Positions 12,401-23,900 of a DNA stretch of 43,079 bases are shown piece after piece. The DNA is from Phoronis australis (lineage: Eukaryota; Animalia; Phoronida), in the NCBI GenBank assembly GCA_002633005.1, contig NMRA01001172.1, forward strand, positions 1 through 43,079. The letters are read 5' to 3'. Position numbers and translations under genes: made by a program. Below the pieces are notes generated by a model. It made no database searches and had not been told where the DNA came from. It was given only the letters and a program-made list of their open reading frames with translations. The stretch's first letter is position 1; each line of letters opens with the position of its first letter.

Positions 12401-15400
12401 TGTCATTGGTTGCACTTATACTGACTGCACTGCCACCTGTCACTACAGCGAGGCCGCCAGTGTCTTAGCAGCTCGTCCACGTGACTGTTAGTGGACGGGA
12501 GTGCTTTTGTAGTGCGTTGTGTTCTATAAATATGGGGCTGAGTTTTCAAGTCAACGAACTGAGAATAGGGGTCTGTGAACAGTGTTTATAGGAGAGGATG
12601 TATTTGCATAAATTCTCGAATCGTGGAAATTTTACAATTTGGCTACCTTTTGGTTTGGAAAGTAAAGTCAACAAAAAAGACACAGAGTTGGGCTGCGGCT
12701 TGCGCGTACCGTTTAAATAAGAGTACCATGTTTTTCTATCAACCGATCTGCCAACCGATCAACCGTGGCATCATTAATTACTGTCATATGTTACTTTAAT
12801 TCAGTTATGAGGGTACAGTATATTGTACACACTTTACACATAATCTGACATTAAATTTAATTAGCCCATACCCAATTCTGAGAGCTTATGGGATATGCTT
12901 TGGCGCAAAAAGGTTAGCCTACTGTCTGACATTTACGCATTATTAGTTGTTGGTCAGTATATTTTTGAGATTCGAATTATATTTAATTCACGTTTCTTTG
13001 AGGACACAAGGCTATTTGCCTACACATTGCAGATGTCACAAACACTTTGCAAAAGACTCAAGCAAACTCACTGAAAATTAGAATTTCTTCACACAATTCT
13101 TGAAAACTCTTTTGGTTTTGGGAACAAAATCACGTAAAGTCAAGTAATTTTAACCAAATGCTGTTTCAGTGTGTTTCACCCAAAGATTTGCTCAAGTCAT
13201 CTCTGATGGTGCGCATTCTCGTGATCAACCTATTTTTATGGTAAGGAAAGCGGAATAGCGTGCACACATATGGTTCAGTACTGAACTCACTACTTGCACG
13301 AATTCGTCATTATGCTTGAAAACGAAGTACTGTGTCCAAACTACAATGGTTCTGCATGTTTAGAACACTCACGCTTTCACGTTTGCGTTTTTAAAATTGA
13401 TGCTAAACCAAAGCAATTTTTCCCCAAATAACAGTCATATTTTGCAGCGCCACCAAGTGTGCAAGTAGTGAATAACGATACAATGGAAATTTTCCGACGG
13501 AAGGCTACAAAGCATTTATGTGACACAATGTAGTTTGAATTTTACCATTTATCGGTCTTAACTTGTTCCTAACTCAGATTAGAAGTGTTTTCCCGTTTTA
13601 GTGGTTTGTCATTACTTGATAGGCTTACCAGGATGATTATTTGGAAAGATCCAGCTGGTGATTTTATGCGCCAAGCATACAGCAATCTCGAACAAAAAGG
13701 AAATGTCAGCTCATTTCAATCATACAGTGTATCTCATCTCGGTTAGAAAAAATGACTAAATGTTGGTTCTTATCCAATCCAAAAACACAGCAATATACAC
13801 TGACATGGCTCCCGGAGCCAAGTTGAGATCCGGTTCGTTGTCCGTTATCCAGAGGAACAACTGGTATGTGACTATTAACCGACGAATGACCCCTTTTGAG
13901 TAAAACGAGAGCAGTTGTAGAACTTCAAGGACGTGACTTAAACCAAGAGTTACATGTAGTTTTGCAAAGCTTAACTGAAAAATGAAGAAAATGAAAGCGA
14001 AGAACCTAATCATCATGGTAGTTTTGCAAACAAAATTGTTCATTTTTACAGGATGTTTACAGACATGGTTTACTTTGGGTTGTCGTACGGGTCATCAAAT
14101 CTAGCCGGAAACGACTTTTTGAACTTCGTCATATCAGGTGGCGTAGAGGGCGCTGCTTACGTGGTCTCGTACTTCTTACTGGTTTATGCGGGAAGGAGAC
14201 TGTCGACCGTAACTTGTTTGGCAGCAGCAGGAGTCGCTCTGATACTTTCTGTTGTCGTGCCTGCAGGTAATCACTTTCAGCAATCTGGGACCATCTTAGT
14301 TACGAGCAGGAAAAGAACTTTAATGAAACGGGGCCTAATTTATTCAAAAGCATAAGGAATATTAAGTGGAAATATTAGTTAGAATATGTATCAATGCAAT
14401 TTGACTGAGTACACGAACCATATGCTTCCACTCGATATCACATATTTGTTTCATCCTTATTTGTTCTGCCTATCAGCCGTGACAACAGTTACAAATTATC
14501 AAACTTAATAAATTGTTGGTTGGCATTATGAATAAAAAATAAAAAAACGAAACAGCACTAGTTGAAAAGTTTAAATGTTTAGAATTGTAGGCAAACTAGT
14601 GTGTTTTCGGATGGGAAAAATAACAAATGCTGGCTTACACTTACATGTATGGCCGTATATGAGGGATTTTACGATAAGTGTAACTCAAATGCTTATACAG
14701 CTTTAGTAGGACCTCGTATTTTCAAGTGAATATTTGGGAATAGTCTCACCACTATTGTCACGGTTTAGAGTAATAAAAGTCTACTTCTGTTGCATAGATT
14801 TGGGTGCACTAGTTACTGTCTTGGCGATGTTCGGAAAATTTGCCATCTCTACTGGATACGCAGTCCTCTACGTTTACTCCGTGGAATTGTTCCCAACGAC
14901 AGTTCGAAGTTTCTCCCTTGGCCTATTGAGCACGTCATGCAGTATCGGCGGAATAGTGGCACCATATGCGGCACTACTGGCAAGTTTTGAACACACGTGA
15001 TAAAGGGCCCGCCTACCTATTTGTAGGCTTCCATGCCCGGTTGCATGAAACAGTCCCAATTAAGGACTCAACTAAGTTCCCTAAATCTAACGCGTATTTT
15101 TGGACTGGTGAAAACATCGATTGCCCTTTCTTGTATTGTTTTAGTTCCATTATTGAGTTATCTTTTGACTTTTATACAAATTGAAAGTGAACGGTTAAAT
15201 TGCCAATATTATCGAAAATAATTCGGGATCTTTTCATACAACACCTCCAATTTAAGGACTAAGTCCCTATTTATTTTCAATGAGCTCTGGGCTAAGTTAT
15301 TTTTGATATTATTAAAAAGGTCATTAAACAAAGAGGAACTCATGCTAAAGATGAAATGATAGAAAACTATTGCACCTGGGAGTTCATAAAGACACAAAGA

Positions 15401-16083
15401 CTTAAGGACCTTTGTTGAGTCCCTACTTGGGACTGTTTTATGCAACCGGCCACTGTTCACAGCATCGAATGTTTTAATTAGCTGCTGTTGTTTGGAAAAT
15501 TATTGTGGACAGATGATCGAAAGCATTTTTAGTTTCTATAACCTAGGAGTCTATTGGTTTCAAGTGGTAGGGTTACGGTCGCAAGACTTGTGCAACCGTT
15601 GCGATATGTCACTCGTTCGCCACCTGCTAATCTGACATTGCAAACGAAAATACTCTAATCTTAGCTTGAGCCATTGTTCTTGATCGTAACGACAAAAATC
15701 CGCTAATAAAAATGCATTTGTTTCACAACTGAATGAGAAATGAAAATGCAAGATAAAAATCATAGTAACACAATTTTTGAGAGACCGGACAAACTGCTTT
15801 CGGTTGATGTATAATTATCAAAGGAATACTATTTTGAGAAACTGATTAGCATTGTATTGCACAAATTTTGTTCTTGCAGGGAAACGTTCTGACCGTTGAG
15901 ACACCACTCGTCATCTTCGGTGTGTGTTCCTTAGTCAGCGGGTTGTCAGCCATTTTCCTACCTGAGACTAAGGGCCTAACACTACCTGACACTATGGAAG
16001 ACGTAGACCGTTTCCATGGTACCATTAATCCTTGCCTGAAGAAGAAGAAGCACGTGTGCGTTATTTTACGAGACTTTCCTTAA
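6323..16083 (+). CDS. SLC22: SLC22-family (organic cation/anion transporter-like, MFS) gene, 5'-partial; exons 6323-6426, 6913-7067, 11437-11608, 11942-12089, 13170-13240, 14052-14266, 14798-14979, 15880-16083
   Basis: Exons splice in frame (1251 nt, 416 aa + stop). They give the SLC22 motifs WNLVC, GYLADKFGRR, PESPRWL, VYFGLS, ELFPTTVRS and LPETKG. Exon sizes 104/155/215 nt match my recollection of vertebrate SLC22A1-type exons. Exon 1 (TM1 + large extracellular loop) was not found in the window. Confidence 0.93.
6913..7067 (+). CDS. SLC22 exon (FGRRKLL...NLAWIL)
   Basis: tttcag| acceptor, |gtgagt donor, 155 nt, phase 2-1. Confidence 0.92.
7478..8398 (+). pseudogene. Spliced THAP remnant (about 7478-7700 + 8355-8398)
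   Basis: CYFPWC....KLPKD....AW...I......W.P, a frameshifted SMHF, G|gtaag donor, then ttacag|GERKRLKPAALPSF (the LKPxAVPxF motif). Confidence 0.7.
8563..8635 (-). mobile_element. tRNA-derived SINE head / tRNA pseudogene
   Basis: A box TGGTGTAGTGG and B box GGTTCGACCCC at tRNA spacing; acceptor and anticodon stems do not pair. Confidence 0.6.
9169..9333. repeat. Near-perfect palindromic MITE (about 80-bp arms)
   Basis: atagattattacatg...cgttatcccccgttatctagagccc..gtggattttggagaattatc.ccc mirrored around a ggggctaacgcccc centre. Confidence 0.9.
11437..11608 (+). CDS. SLC22 exon (MEYIGERRR...YFIRHW...LFIW)
   Basis: ttgcag| acceptor, |gtaag donor, 172 nt, phase 1-2. Confidence 0.92.
11942..12089 (+). 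CDS. SLC22 exon (LLPESPRWL...VHIDL)
   Basis: cctag| acceptor, |gtaagt donor, 148 nt, phase 2-0. Confidence 0.9.
13170..13240 (+). CDS. SLC22 exon (CVSPKDLLKSSLMVRILVINLFLW)
   Basis: tttcag| acceptor, |gtaagg donor, 71 nt, phase 0-2; resembles the DLFRTP..RKRTLIL..W segment of SLC22 proteins. Confidence 0.82.
14052..14266 (+). CDS. SLC22 exon (MFTDMVYFGLS...VVPA)
   Basis: ttacag| acceptor, |gtaat donor, 215 nt, phase 2-1. Confidence 0.92.
14798..14979 (+). CDS. SLC22 exon (LGALVTVLAMFGKF...ELFPTTVRS...APYAALL)
   Basis: catag| acceptor; the only donor giving the required phase 0 is CTG|gcaagt (GC-AG intron). Confidence 0.88.
15034..15452. mobile_element. PIF/Harbinger-type MITE in the SLC22 GC-AG intron
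   Basis: About 55-bp imperfect TIR (TG(C/G)CCGGTTGCAT(G/A)AAACAGTCCCAA.TA.GGACTCAAC...); TSD degenerate. Confidence 0.75.
15880..16083 (+). CDS. SLC22 probable last coding exon (GNVLTVETPLVIFG...LPETKGLTLPDTMED...)
   Basis: ttgcag| acceptor, phase 0, LPETKG motif, TAA at 16081-16083; a further spliced 3' exon cannot be excluded. Confidence 0.85.
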   Translation, partial: GNVLTVETPLVIFGVCSLVSGLSAIFLPETKGLTLPDTMEDVDRFHGTINPCLKKKKHVCVILRDFP

Positions 16084-16696
16084 TAATTTAATCGCGCGAT
16101 TATGCAATGTAGTCTTGGCTTATTTTCATACTTTGTGGGCGGCACTTCTTCAAGGTACGGTTTCGCGAAAAGTGACTTCAGGCTTAAGTCAGAATGCTGG
16201 TTACTTAAGGATATTTCCAACCTTATTCACAAAAATTGGCCATTTTTGCAAAATTTCACTTGTGTCTAGCAAAATACCTTATCTTCATTCTCGGGGAACT
16301 TCAAATACGAAATATATACTGCGTAGCGAGAAAAAAAGATTTAGCAGAACCACCTTGGAACCGCACAACTGCGTGGATATTTGTTTAGCACCTATCCAAG
16401 GTCAAAGGTTAAAGGGCTTTCAAGTAAATCGAGTCTCCCGCCAGGTACAGAACACCTTCGGTATACCCTCAGTCCTTTCATTCACAAATTGGCCATAACA
16501 TTGAAACAACGAGGTGTGGTTATGATAGAATGGTCCCGGGGAAAACGAATACAAAACGTAGTTTTTATCCTAAGGGAGTTGTGGATCTACATGCATACGA
16601 CCGTTGACGTTGAAAACAAATGCTACGAGTTGCCTCAGGCCTCAGTCTGGTCATGAGCACAGAAAGTTGTGAAAAGAGATAAATCCTCCCCCTTAC

Positions 16697-17139
16697 TCCT
16701 TAATTCAATTATTAAGTTAACATTTCGATGTTTCGATTTCATGTTAACGACTTACTTTAACCACCAATTCAATTTTTGTTATCCATTTCTTACTTTGTTT
16801 GGTATCAGTCTCCCAGCACGTGATGTGTACAGGCTATGAGTTGTGACCTACTTTTCTAAGTAGGTCGTACAAAACGGCAAAAGTTGGCTGCGAAAGATAG
16901 GTCTATTTGAGGTTTTANTCCTTAATTCAATTATTAAGTTAACATTTCGACGTATCGATTTCATGTTAACGACTTACTTTAACCACCAATTAAATTTTTG
17001 TTATCCATTTCTTACTTGGTTTGGTATCAGTGTCCCAGCACGTGCCATGTACAGGCTATGAACTGTGACCTACTTTTCTAAGTAGGTCGTACAAAACGGC
17101 AGAAGTTGGCTGCGAAAGATAGGTCTATTTGAGGTTTTA
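16697..17139 (+). repeat. 221-bp tandem duplicate separated by a single N (probable assembly or haplotype artefact)
   Basis: 16697-16917 vs 16919-17139, about 11 mismatches counted by eye, N at 16918. Confidence 0.85.
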
Positions 17140-17859
17140 ATGATATTTAAGTTCGTTACGCACTGCAAAATTAGTTGACATTGCAAGAAAACATTGAAAT
17201 AGGTGACATAGTTAAGGATTCTATAGGTTATGTATACCGAAAACAAGTTTTCACAGAATAATTAACCAAAGACTTAGAGATTTTCACGTGTCCCAGTTTA
17301 ATCGGCTTTTTCTCGGCTTCGGCAAATCGACTTTATTTGAACTTAGGAACACCAGTTCTCGAAAATGGCACGATGGACTTCGCTGAAACTTTCCAAACTT
17401 AATATTTAGTCACTAATCTCAAAAACACTGTTAGGATTTTTGATATAAAAGCTTAGGTTTTGTGTAATGTGGCAAAAACGAATACGACTTCAATTTTTTT
17501 ACAAAAATACCTTACGTTTTGCAAGTTTCTTTGTCATAGAAACCAAATGAACAAACTAATCGAAAATTCCTAACAGCGTTTTTGAGGTAATTGATGAAGT
17601 TTTCATTTAAAAAAGGTTTCGTTAAAATCGACCGAGGGGTTATTTTGCTATGAATGTACCTTTCTTAAAAATGAAATTTTTACTTAAAAAAGGTTTTAAC
17701 GTAAAAATAATAATAACAAATAAATACAAAAAGTATATTTATATTTCCTGGTCTTTGTTCTTTCAGAAAATATATACTTTTACTAGTTGACAAAGCTTAG
17801 TATTTTTTGATATACGAGTTAGAATAGAGGCCACTAAATAAGGTTTGAAATAACCTTAA

Positions 17860-18310
17860 GGTAGTCAAATGCCGGAGGTTTGCCACACCACACAACATAT
17901 TTCAAAGTTTAGCCACTTAACATGTTTTTTGTGTTGGAGAAAAAAACTTTCAATTCAAGTTTTATCAAAATAATCTTTATTTCAGCCTAAAACTGATTTT
18001 GGGAAAGTTATGATATCACACTTGGATTACGCTGAAACTTGGGTGAACCAATTATTTTCATTCGTTTTCTCCAAAATTAACTAATAAAATTGCAATTTTC
18101 CGTTTGTGATGTTTCGGGTATGAAAAATTTGGTTTAAAAAAAAATTCAAACTTCAGATTCTGTAATAACTTAAAGATGGAAATAACATATCAAATATTGA
18201 ACATTATTGAATTATGATTGTTTAGATTTAATTAGTACATAAAACGGAATTTCTACGAGTGCACTTATGAAATTATCTTCTTCAGAACGCTCTTCTTCAT
18301 TTTTCATTTT
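17860..18310 (+). repeat. Dispersed repeat family, 5' part (Kolobok-like start TTAA|GGTAGT)
   Basis: Aligns by eye with about 37148-37630. Confidence 0.7.
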
Positions 18311-19149
18311 GATTGAACAACATTATAGATTATTTTCATTTTGTGCTCCATTATTTGCAACATTTTCTAATAAAGAATGACAAGCTGAAAAGCATGATAG
18401 CAAAAACAGTTAACTATTCGCCAAATGTTACTCTGTGCGAACTGAGTTTGCTTGCTTGTATATTGCTTGAAGAAATGAAATTTACCCGGGTGTATTGCTT
18501 TGCTATGTTTTTTTGTAAAAAAGCCATCATCCTTTGTTCAATGTTGTCATATTAACCTACATAAATTACAAATTTTACGAAGATCCTGCCAAGATTCAAG
18601 AGAAAAGTTGCAGACACAAAAAAGCAAAACTGCCATTAGGGGTGCCATAGTAGGCGAAGCCATTCAAAAATCACTACCCTCCATACTTTTTCCTAATAGA
18701 AACGCAATTACTGAATTTCCATTACAATCCTTTATGATTTGGCCAATAGAGAGGCAGACGCCAAAAACAGACTAAAAATAATAAAATAAATGGCTATTTT
18801 TAGTATTAGGTGGTGCAGAGACTCACAGACCCAACATGATTTTCACTTTCAATGTTCCATCCAATGAGGCATACAGAGCCGCAACTAATCCTACGCAAAA
18901 CACTCTACTCAACAGCAGGTCAACCAAAACCCCAGCCAGGATGAAAGCTGACTGTTGCTTCTGATGATCTCAAATGTCTAAGACTAATGATTGTAGGATG
19001 CTCGACATTCGTTGGGTAAAGCAGCTAGTTTCCGCACTGCAAAGAATAATGGTACGGAGCTCATTGATAGCATTGCATCATTAAGATGGAGGAGAAGAGA
19101 TGCAGGAAGGGAGGGAGCAAGGAGAGAGAGAGAGATGGAGAGATGGAGA

Positions 19150-19477
19150 NNNNNNNNNNNNNNNNNNNNNNNNNNNNNNNNNNNNNNNNNNNNNNNNNNN
19201 NNNNNNNNNNNNNNNNNNNNNNNNNNNNNNNNNNNNNNNNNNNNNNNNNNNNNNNNNNNNNNNNNNNNNNNNNNNNNNNNNNNNNNNNNNNNNNNNNNNN
19301 NNNNNNNNNNNNNNNNNNNNNNNNNNNNNNNNNNNNNNNNNNNNNNNNNNNNNNNNNNNNNNNNNNNNNNNNNNNNNNNNNNNNNNNNNNNNNNNNNNNN
19401 NNNNNNNNNNNNNNNNNNNNNNNNNNNNNNNNNNNNNNNNNNNNNNNNNNNNNNNNNNNNNNNNNNNNNNNNNNNNN
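19150..19477. other. Assembly gap (328 N)
   Basis: Run of N next to a GA-rich tract. Confidence 1.
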
Positions 19478-19720
19478 CCCCAAATATGACAATTGACTCT
19501 GACAATCGCGTGAAAGCGCACAAACGCCGTGTTTGTCAAGGTAGACAGTTTTCAACGCACGAACTACGCATGTACTTTTATTTTCACCGTTCTTTTCTCA
19601 TTATAAGTACTGTTTTCTCACAAAACGTTTCAAACAATGTCTGGAGCCATGAAATAGGCCTATAGGCCAAGTCAGTGAGTAATTGGTACAGTTTGCCAAA
19701 ACTATCTGTATTCTGCAACT

Positions 19721-19788
19721 GAGAGAGATAGGGAGGGAGGGAGGGAGAGAGGGAGAGAGGGAGAGAGAGAGGGAGAGAGAGAGAGAGA
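19721..19788 (+). repeat. (GA)n/(GGGA)n microsatellite
   Basis: Direct inspection; a similar tract lies at about 19100-19149. Confidence 0.95.
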
Positions 19789-21329
19789 TCTTTTATGCAA
19801 ATTGGGAGCAGCTGTACTGATGAGAAGACCAGTGCAGGTATTCACTTATTTTCAGGGGAGGGGGGGGCTTGACTTCTCTAATTCCCCCTAATGCCGATGT
19901 TATTTTTTGCGTCTGAGGCTGTATAGTTCATCAAAGAAGTCCATATAGTCTTCACGTGCAGTCATTCTACTTCAACAGCAAACTTTCAACAAACGGGTGT
20001 TGAAACATCAGGCAAATCCAACACTCAGGGCTTACAACTACACTAGATTATGTTAAATCTACATTTCCATAGCATTTATACCAAAAAATGAAACAAGTTT
20101 CAACTTCATAAAATTAGTCTCGATATATTTCTTTCCACGATAGGACTCCTTTGGTTTCTGTTACCTACAAGAACATCGAAGCCATAAGTGATGAAAAAGT
20201 CTATTGAGTTGTTCCATAGTCAAACTAGGCATCATCACTGAATGTAACCAATGCTTCTCTAGCAAGTAATTGTCTGCAACTATGTAGCTTAAAGTTGCGG
20301 TTTGTCTTACCCACTGATAAATTCATAAAACTCAGGAATTTAATTATTGCACCACATGCCAAGATTTCAGTTCACACCGAGCAGACTGGGTAATGGGAAT
20401 GATTCAGGCCTTCATCTAGAGGGCAGTGGGTGTCCAATTGGACAAACTGCCCTTGTTCAGTAGTACACTGGACGCCCAGACTCAAATTTAGACACCAGGT
20501 CGAGGACACCCTGTTTTTCACATTTGGATGCCAGTCAAGTAAGTACTTGTGTCTCTCCTTAACTTCATAGTGCTAACAGTACAGGTAACACTTGGAGCTA
20601 ATAGCGTCCTGTCCACTATGAAAAAGTTAGTTCTAAATTAAGACAATGTCTAAGATATAGCGAACTTTATTACAGACCCGTATCTCAACAGATACATACC
20701 ACACTAAAACAGCAACCTGAATTGGGGTCATAAAACGCAGTCATGAGTCAAGGACGCCCTGTGAATTTAATGAATCCAATTTCAGCCTGTTTTTGAAATC
20801 CTGGGTACCCTCCCGAGTTGAGTCCACATGTACGTTGAGGCATATTTTTTAATGCCTGTTGATCTAACATGATATTATTGCTCATTGTTTACTTTAGAAG
20901 TGGGTTTTGAGTATTTTAATGTTAATTCAATTGGAATAACTTTGTGTCAATATGAATGATCTATTTAAAAAACAGTTGAATTGTTTATTTCAAAACTAGT
21001 TTAAAATTTTAATGCTTTTTACAATAACACACTCAGATAGTATTAATTCTAATAAATACGTTTGGGCTCTTAATATTTGAAATAAGTGTAATATTTTAAC
21101 ATAACTAAATTACTTAGCAAAATTAACAAGCATGCATGTATAGCAAAAACTGGTTACACCTGACTATTGTACCTAACTTAAGGACAATCTTCGCCTAATA
21201 TCGAAACGTAGTTTTCACGCACTCTAGCTTTGTGTTTGCTTTCCACTTCTTGTTTATTCTTAACTTGGCCAAAAAATAATATTATTCGGAATGTTGAGCA
21301 CCTTCTCAGTGATTTTCTTGTGTACCTTT

Positions 21330-21589
21330 CGTGCACGCGCCCAGCCTAAACATGGGGTGTGCTTGAATTTTTGAGATTGTGCAGCTTTTATTAAGATTCA
21401 CGGGGTACACTAAGAGCCACAAATTGTGCATTCGCCGAATTCTAGTAGTTTCCGCTTTTTAGTGGACTTTTGTCCCATTTTCTACTTTTTCAGAGTTTTT
21501 GTTTCTGAGGTGGACCTTCTTGCCCACTTCGCCGAATGAGGAGGGGCTCATTTGAGCCCCCAGAGCCTCCCCCTCTGGGTGCGCGCATG
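21330..21589. mobile_element. MITE with CATGCGCGCACCCAG-type TIR; related copies at about 33175-33410 and about 2790-2890 (inverted, partial)
   Basis: TIR 12/15, possible CCTTT TSD; internal sequence shared among the three copies. Confidence 0.7.
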
Positions 21590-21874
21590 CCTTTCAAGTG
21601 CCATTTATTGATGAGTTCAATGTAATTCAAAATGAATTCATGTCTGTAGTTACAACACATTAACAAGGAAGCTATTAAGAAGTCATGCCAAGGGTGTTGT
21701 CAAACAGCAAGAGAAACCGTTGGTTCTGTCACATCTCGTAATGGAGAGAGCTATGACTGTCTCCAACTGTCTCTCTTCAGAATGGCTAGTCATGCGACCA
21801 TTCTGTCACAATCTGATTGGATGGCAGACATAACATGTCCCTTTATTAACAAAAATACTTTAAACAAATCATGT

Positions 21875-23255
21875 TATCCTTTCAGTACAAAATTTAAATT
21901 ATGAAAAAATAATGGAGATTCCCTAACGAATGTGAGAATTATGCATGCCTTGAACAAAAAAAGTGGATTTTCCATTTTCCTTTTGTATTCTGGAAGTTGA
22001 ATTTCCCAATTGCATTTTGCATACATGGGTTATTGAACAATTTAGCATTGGAATTTAAGTTTTCCTTCTATTTATCGAAAATTGAATAAACAGAAAAAAC
22101 AGTGGTTGTGTGCATAAGGCATAATTACAGTTTTAATGGAAACAGGAGCATGTATATTAATTGTCCTGATGTTATAATTAGCCAAATGAAAAAACGAACA
22201 TACTTATGTGACGACTAATTTTTGTGAAACACTGAATTCAGCTACTAATATGAAACATTTGTAGATAATAATTTAGAACATATTCACTGGAATGTTTGGA
22301 ACTTGTATCACCTTAAGTAGTGCAGACATAAATTTTGATGGATAAAGATACATATCCAGCAATTAGAAATGTCGATCTGAATAACAAATTGAAGTTCACT
22401 TCCTGGTGAAATTTCATACAGATCAGAGAGATTTTAATCAAGAGCTCAATTAAAACGAAGTATATTTATTTCCATGTTTTAATCAACTGGAAAGCCTAGT
22501 AAAATTTTTAATTTTAAAACAGTTTTGTCACTGAACAAGGACAATTCACTTGGGTGCACCTATGGCTGACAGCAGGAAATGATGGTCGTCCTCACTTCTA
22601 GTTTATTCTACACGTAGGTTGGCAGATTCACAAATTTCAACCTCCCCCACAAAGCAGACACGCTATATGTGGAAAATATGGGTTGTTGGTAGATTTAAAT
22701 GTTGGGTGCTGCATGAAAAGCTATTTAAACATCAAATACAGGGGTCGAACAATGGCAAATTGGTCAAGCACTTCACTGGAGCATATCTGATGACAGTCAA
22801 TAACACCAAGGTCCAGGCCAAGCGTGAGTGCTCTGATTTAGATCGGTGCGAACTTGCCAAAAATAGTGGAACAATTGCTTCTCGTACGCGCGTGAACGCA
22901 CGACACAGCCTTTATAGCACAGAAAATTTATTGTCACTCATGAACTGGGGCTCGGGTTGCAATACAAACGTATAAAATTCTTCCGTTAATATGGGCACCA
23001 TGACGTCATGCAAGCCAATGGGTGAACAAGTCGAAACAGAATTATAAACGCATCTACGACTATTCAACCGTTACTATGACGTAGTTGATGAATAAATATA
23101 TCAATGGATACTTACTTGAACTGAAAATTACGCATAAGAACGTTAGAACAGACAACTGATCCATTTTAAATTCTTCAGTACGGTGACCTAGTTATGGTAT
23201 GTCGCCGCGTCGGTTAATTTAGGTCAATATCCGGGCTTCGTCGCACCTGTGTCAC
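21875..23255 (+). repeat. Dispersed repeat family, 3' part
   Basis: Aligns with about 37730-38365 and about 39230-40327. Confidence 0.85.
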
Positions 23256-23686
23256 GTGACTTAAAACAATCAAGATCCGTATACCGCGGCAATATCGTCC
23301 GGTTACCTATTTTCGTCAGGCTCCAAAGTTCGCCCGCCATCTTGTTTCGCGTGCAGCGCAACCACGCGGGACTTAGCGTTCCAATTTGGAGTTCTCGTCT
23401 GCACGTTAGGTACTAACTTATCGGAAGAGACACGTATCAAAGTAATGAGACAAAAATCGGTGAGTTTACCGATTGTTTTTTAAAACCACTTAAAAATCAG
23501 TAGATTTTACTAATACACTTTTTTGTGCGTTTTCAGAAGATGTTTTCGAATTTAAATTTTCTTCCGACGGGACACAANTGGGGTTGAAAATGGGTGGAAG
23601 ACCCAGGCGTCTCCACCGTTGTCGTTTTTACCAGTGCGATCAGGATTTTTAAGCAGAAGGTCCGCGGAGAATCGCCTTTTTCAGAC

Positions 23687-23900
23687 ATGAAAAGATGCGT
23701 TTGTGGAGGCTGTAGTAACAGCAACTTGACCGAGAACGTGACCAAATTTCCTTAAGACAGTTGCACAGATATGGGATCAGCTTGAGCGCCGTACGAGAGT
23801 GTTACGTCAGCGTGGAACGGGCGGGAACAAACTCTTTGTGGACACATTTCAAGGAATCGTGTTTCGACCAAACACAAAAGTGGCGTTACTATGACGAACA
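23687..23900 (+). pseudogene. THAP domain remnant
   Basis: MKRCVCGGCSNSN...KFP*D...W...RRTR...LCG/HFKESCF with a stop and frameshifts; preceded by an apparent 5'UTR intron (gtgagt at 23460, tcag at 23684). Confidence 0.72.

Noticed and set aside
17226-17855. Second Kolobok-type MITE sharing the TTAA at 17856-17859
   Set aside because: Termini match only loosely and the left TTAA is absent.
18984-19665. Long ORFs in the ORF track
   Set aside because: Artefacts of the N gap and GA repeats.
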